In this document: positions 60,627-64,000 of the stretch, in pieces
How the letters are laid out: the number at the start of each line of letters is the position of its first letter
Numbering within the stretch: the stretch's first letter is position 1
Source of the DNA: an uncultured cyanobacterium
Lineage (GTDB): Bacteria; Cyanobacteriota; Cyanobacteriia; Cyanobacteriales; CAWCAG01
Assembly (NCBI GenBank): GCA_963803805.1
Contig: CAWDOD010000003.1
Span: 64,001-128,000, forward strand
Reading direction: 5' to 3'
DNA length: 64,000 bases
Position numbers and translations under genes: made by a program
Notes under the pieces: generated by a model
What the model saw: only the letters and a program-made list of their open reading frames with translations
Databases searched by the model: none
Told to the model about the DNA's origin: nothing

Positions 60627-61586
60627 ATGATTGAAGTTGAAGATTTGGGGAAAATCTACGGTTCAACCCCAGCCATTAAAGATGTCAGTTTCTGCGTCGA
60701 GGAGGGAGAAATTCTCGGCTTCCTTGGACCTAATGGGGCAGGAAAGACTACTACTATGCGGATTTTAGCAGGCTATTTACCTGCTACTAGTGGAACAGCC
60801 AGAATTGCCGGATACGATGTTCGTCAACAGTCTATGGAAGTGAGGAGGCGGATTGGTTATTTACCAGAAACCCCTCCTCTTTACCAAGATATGACGGTGG
60901 AAGGTTTTTTACACTTTGTTACACGCATTAAAGGGATAGTTCCTGGCGATCGCGCTACTAAAGTCAATTCTGCTATTCATCGCTGTGGCCTCAAAGATAA
61001 AGGCAAAGTTCTTATTCGCAAACTATCTAAAGGTTATCGCCAAAGGGTAGGCATCGCCCAAGCTATTGTTCACAACCCTCCGGTAATTATTTTAGACGAG
61101 CCAACAGTAGGTTTAGATCCCCGGCAAATTATTGAGGTACGCAACTTAATTAAAAGTTTAGGGGGGCAGCATACCATCATCCTTTCGACTCACATCTTGC
61201 CAGAAGTAAGTATGACCTGTAACCGGGTAGCAATTATTAACCGAGGCAAAGTTGCTGCTACCGATACCCCAGAAAGTTTACTAGCAAAGTTGACTGGTAA
61301 TTCCGGTTATGAAATTGAAGTAGACGGTAATGCCAAAGAAGTACAACCTTTATTACAAGTCATTCCGGGAGTTATTATCGTCGAGGTGGAACCACCCCAA
61401 CAAAAGAGCGATCGCTCTTTAATTAATATTATCTCCGCTCCTAATTCTGAACCAGGAAGAGATATTGCTGCGGTGATTGTTGGTGCAGGTTTAGGTTTAT
61501 ACGAAATGCGACGTACTCAACCAACCTTAGAAGATGTATTTTTAGAACTGACAACCCAGGAAGAATCAGTTATCAGTTATCAATGA
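60627..61586 (+). CDS. ABC transporter ATP-binding protein (GldA-like)
   Basis: GPNGAGKTT, LSKGYRQR, ILDEPTVGLD, STH. Confidence 0.95.
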   Translation: MIEVEDLGKIYGSTPAIKDVSFCVEEGEILGFLGPNGAGKTTTMRILAGYLPATSGTARIAGYDVRQQSMEVRRRIGYLPETPPLYQDMTVEGFLHFVTRIKGIVPGDRATKVNSAIHRCGLKDKGKVLIRKLSKGYRQRVGIAQAIVHNPPVIILDEPTVGLDPRQIIEVRNLIKSLGGQHTIILSTHILPEVSMTCNRVAIINRGKVAATDTPESLLAKLTGNSGYEIEVDGNAKEVQPLLQVIPGVIIVEVEPPQQKSDRSLINIISAPNSEPGRDIAAVIVGAGLGLYEMRRTQPTLEDVFLELTTQEESVISYQ

Positions 61587-61649
61587 TGTCTACGATCAGG
61601 GCAAGCCCTACAATAATTTAGTTATCAATGTTCAATTTTCAATCTTCAT

Positions 61650-62453
61650 ATGAAAACAATTTTTGCCAACATTATTGCTATCTACCGTAAAGAATTACAA
61701 GGTTACTTTGCTTCTCCTTTTGCTTATATTGTTGCCGGGATCTTTTGGCTATTATCAGGCTTCTTTTATATTTATATACTCTTTGCCCCAGAAGCAGGAT
61801 TAATTCAAGCAGCCGCAGCAAAAGATCAAACTGGTTTTCCTCCTGGGGCTTTGGATGTTGCCTATGAGTTTTTAAGAGCTTTTTTAAGTGTTTTAGGTTC
61901 CTTGATTTTATTCTTGCTGCCTATACTTTCTATGGGTCTTTATGCCGAAGAACGTAAACAAGGTACTTTAGAATTATTGGCTACTTCTCCCCTAACTAAT
62001 TGGGCTGTTGCTACAGGGAAACTTTTAGGAGTAGTTACCTTTTTTGTCACCATGATCATTCCTTTGCTAATCTATGAAACTATTACTTTGAATTCTGCTG
62101 AACCTCCGGCACCAATAGGAGTTACTATTATTAGTCATTTAGGTTTGATTTTATTAGCAGCCGCCATACTATCATTAGGAATGTTTATTTCTTCCCTTAC
62201 TGACAGTTCAATTATTGCCGCCATTGTCACCTTCGCTTTGATTTTTTTCCTATGGATAATTGATTTAATCGGCGAAAGTATTCAGGGGAATGTAGGTGAT
62301 ATCCTTGAACATCTTTCTTTACTTAAACATTATAATAATTTAGTTCAAGGGACTTTTGACACAGGCAGTATTGTTTTATTAATTAGCTATATCTTTTTAG
62401 GGGTTTTTCTCACGGCCCAATCTATAGAAAACTTTCGTTTCCATCGTTCCTAA
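61650..62453 (+). CDS. ABC-2 type permease (GldF-like)
   Basis: KEL..YF.SP.AY, AEERKQGTLELL.TSP; six TM helices. Confidence 0.92.
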   Translation: MKTIFANIIAIYRKELQGYFASPFAYIVAGIFWLLSGFFYIYILFAPEAGLIQAAAAKDQTGFPPGALDVAYEFLRAFLSVLGSLILFLLPILSMGLYAEERKQGTLELLATSPLTNWAVATGKLLGVVTFFVTMIIPLLIYETITLNSAEPPAPIGVTIISHLGLILLAAAILSLGMFISSLTDSSIIAAIVTFALIFFLWIIDLIGESIQGNVGDILEHLSLLKHYNNLVQGTFDTGSIVLLISYIFLGVFLTAQSIENFRFHRS

Positions 62454-62522
62454 TTGGTGGAAGCGGGGTAAGTAATAAGTTTTGAACATACTATTCCCTT
62501 ACCTATTTCCTTTAAAGAATAA

Positions 62523-64000
62523 ATGACCAAAATGCTTAAATCTCAACAACAATACTTTAAATATCTATTTTTATTTGGTCCGTTTTTATTCACTGCGGCT
62601 TTAGTAGCTGGATTGATTTCTGGGAGTTGGTCTTCTCTCACCTTGATTTTATTAACTTTTGGACTAATCATTAGTATCGCCGGACTATTTTTTTTCGCCC
62701 CAATATCTTCTGGTTTTTGGGGCCGTCATTCCACAAAAGTTAGTACAAACGCCTTAATTTCCACCTTGGCAATCTTAATTATTTTAGGAATAATTAATTT
62801 CCTCGCTGTACGCTACGGGCCAAAAATCGATTTAACAGAAAATAAAATACTTACCCTTGCTCCCCAAACCCAAGAAGTTCTGCAAAAATTAGAGCAACCT
62901 GTTAAAGTCATTATCTTTGATCGTCAACTCCATCCTAGCGATCGCAACTTACTCAAAGATTATCAACGTGAAACCCCTAACTTCAGCTATGAACTAGTAG
63001 ATCCGCAAATTAATTTAGGACTAGCCAAACAGTTTGAGTATCAGTCCCCTGGAGAAGTACATTTAAGCTATGGAACTAAAAAACAATTAGTACAAACAAT
63101 AAACGACAATACCGCACTTTCTGAAGCTTCTTTAAGCAATGCTATAGAAAGAATTCAAAAAGATACCACCCCCAAAATTTACTTCTTGCAAGGCCATGGA
63201 GAACTTTCCTTAGAACCCGGGGCGGGAGGACTTTCCCAAGCCGTAACTAGCTTGGATGAAAAAGGTTATCCTGCTGCTCCCTTAACTTTAGCTGATAGCC
63301 CTGAGATTCCTGAAGATGCAACCACCGTAATTATTGCGGGGCCGCAACGTCCCTTATTTACTGAAGAAGTAGCTGCTTTAAGGAAGTATCTTAATAATGG
63401 CGGTAGCTTACTACTTTTGTTGGAACCTGATAGCAAAACCGGTTTAGACCCTTTACTTAAAGAATGGGGGGTGGTTTTAGACAACCGCTTAGTTATTGAT
63501 GCTTCAGGAAATGGCCGTTTAATTGGTTTAGGGCCAGATACCGCCCTAGTCGATAAATACGGCAACCATCCCATCACAGAGGACTTTAGCAACGGTATCT
63601 CCCTTTACCGTCTAGCTCGGACTGTAGACAGTACAGAAAAACCAGAAATTCAAGCCACAGCTTTATTAATAACCAATGAAGACACCTGGGCAGAAAGTGA
63701 GATCGAAGCTGGAGATGTAGCCTTTAACGAAGAAAGTGACCTCAGTGGCCCCTTAAACTTAGGCTATGCTTTTAGTCACAGTGATGGAGAAGAAGATCCT
63801 GAAGGTACTGCATCAAGATTAGTAGTAATCGGAGACTCAACCTTCGCTAGCAACGGTTGGTTTGAACAACATCTAGACGGGGATCTTTTCCTCAACTCAG
63901 TGAAATGGTTAAGTCAAGAAAAGCAAGAAACCCTTTCTATTAATGCTAAAGAACAAACTGAACGTCGTCTCAACCTCACCAAAATCCAAGCAGGTATTCT
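62523..64000 (+). CDS. GldG-family ABC accessory protein (runs off the window end; absent from the ORF track)
   Basis: manual translation from ATG 62523: MTKMLKSQQQYFKYLFLFGP..; IDLTENK..TLAPQT, VDP, IYFLQGHGE, IIAGP, HPIT, RLVVIGDS.FA. Confidence 0.9.
   Translation, partial: MTKMLKSQQQYFKYLFLFGPFLFTAALVAGLISGSWSSLTLILLTFGLIISIAGLFFFAPISSGFWGRHSTKVSTNALISTLAILIILGIINFLAVRYGPKIDLTENKILTLAPQTQEVLQKLEQPVKVIIFDRQLHPSDRNLLKDYQRETPNFSYELVDPQINLGLAKQFEYQSPGEVHLSYGTKKQLVQTINDNTALSEASLSNAIERIQKDTTPKIYFLQGHGELSLEPGAGGLSQAVTSLDEKGYPAAPLTLADSPEIPEDATTVIIAGPQRPLFTEEVAALRKYLNNGGSLLLLLEPDSKTGLDPLLKEWGVVLDNRLVIDASGNGRLIGLGPDTALVDKYGNHPITEDFSNGISLYRLARTVDSTEKPEIQATALLITNEDTWAESEIEAGDVAFNEESDLSGPLNLGYAFSHSDGEEDPEGTASRLVVIGDSTFASNGWFEQHLDGDLFLNSVKWLSQEKQETLSINAKEQTERRLNLTKIQAGI

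Larger units (their letters stand above)
1513..62945. repeat. HIP1 octamer GCGATCGC dispersed across the window
   Basis: about 30 copies counted by eye, e.g. 1513, 5165, 31269, 41870, 62938; characteristic of cyanobacteria. Confidence 0.9.

Noticed and set aside
783-63592. Short ORFs overlapping or antisense to long genes (e.g. 783-1058, 1473-1655, 13807-14259, 19612-19977, 44375-44620, 55220-55495, 63266-63592)
   Set aside because: Shadow ORFs of well-supported genes with no recognisable motifs
1-64000. CRISPR array, tRNA or rRNA genes
   Set aside because: No regularly spaced 25-40-bp repeats with unique spacers, and no cloverleaf or rRNA-like segments seen

Overview
AT-rich cyanobacterial chromosomal window. 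The assignment rests on about 30 HIP1 GCGATCGC octamers counted by eye, heptamer STRR-type tracts, and psaF/psaJ, btpA and ycf34. Most of it is housekeeping DNA: alr, recA, tsaD, thrC, rimO-crhR, btpA, VKOR, a tRNA nucleotidyltransferase, dprA, futA, the 2-oxoglutarate decarboxylase/SSA dehydrogenase TCA bypass, hpnP, menH and a GldA/F/G-like ABC system. Features not shown by the ORF track include a 164-bp MITE with an 8-bp target duplication, a PsrR1-like structured sRNA, a c-di-AMP riboswitch ahead of an ArsB/NhaD-type transporter lying between ssaD and ogdA, psaJ, a complete ISAzo13 element, a LexA box, and two identical 15-bp Fur-like boxes. The best candidates for new biology are (1) a 739-bp tandem Uma2 duplication that is near-identical except for one 25-codon hypervariable block, (2) the riboswitch-transporter module inside the TCA-bypass locus, (3) an Hsp70-WD40 fusion, (4) an hpnP-GT2-membrane glycosyltransferase-like operon, and (5) a probable Fur-regulated unknown small protein. 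Four small indels in three conserved genes may be assembly errors. All family assignments are from motif recognition; no database search was run.
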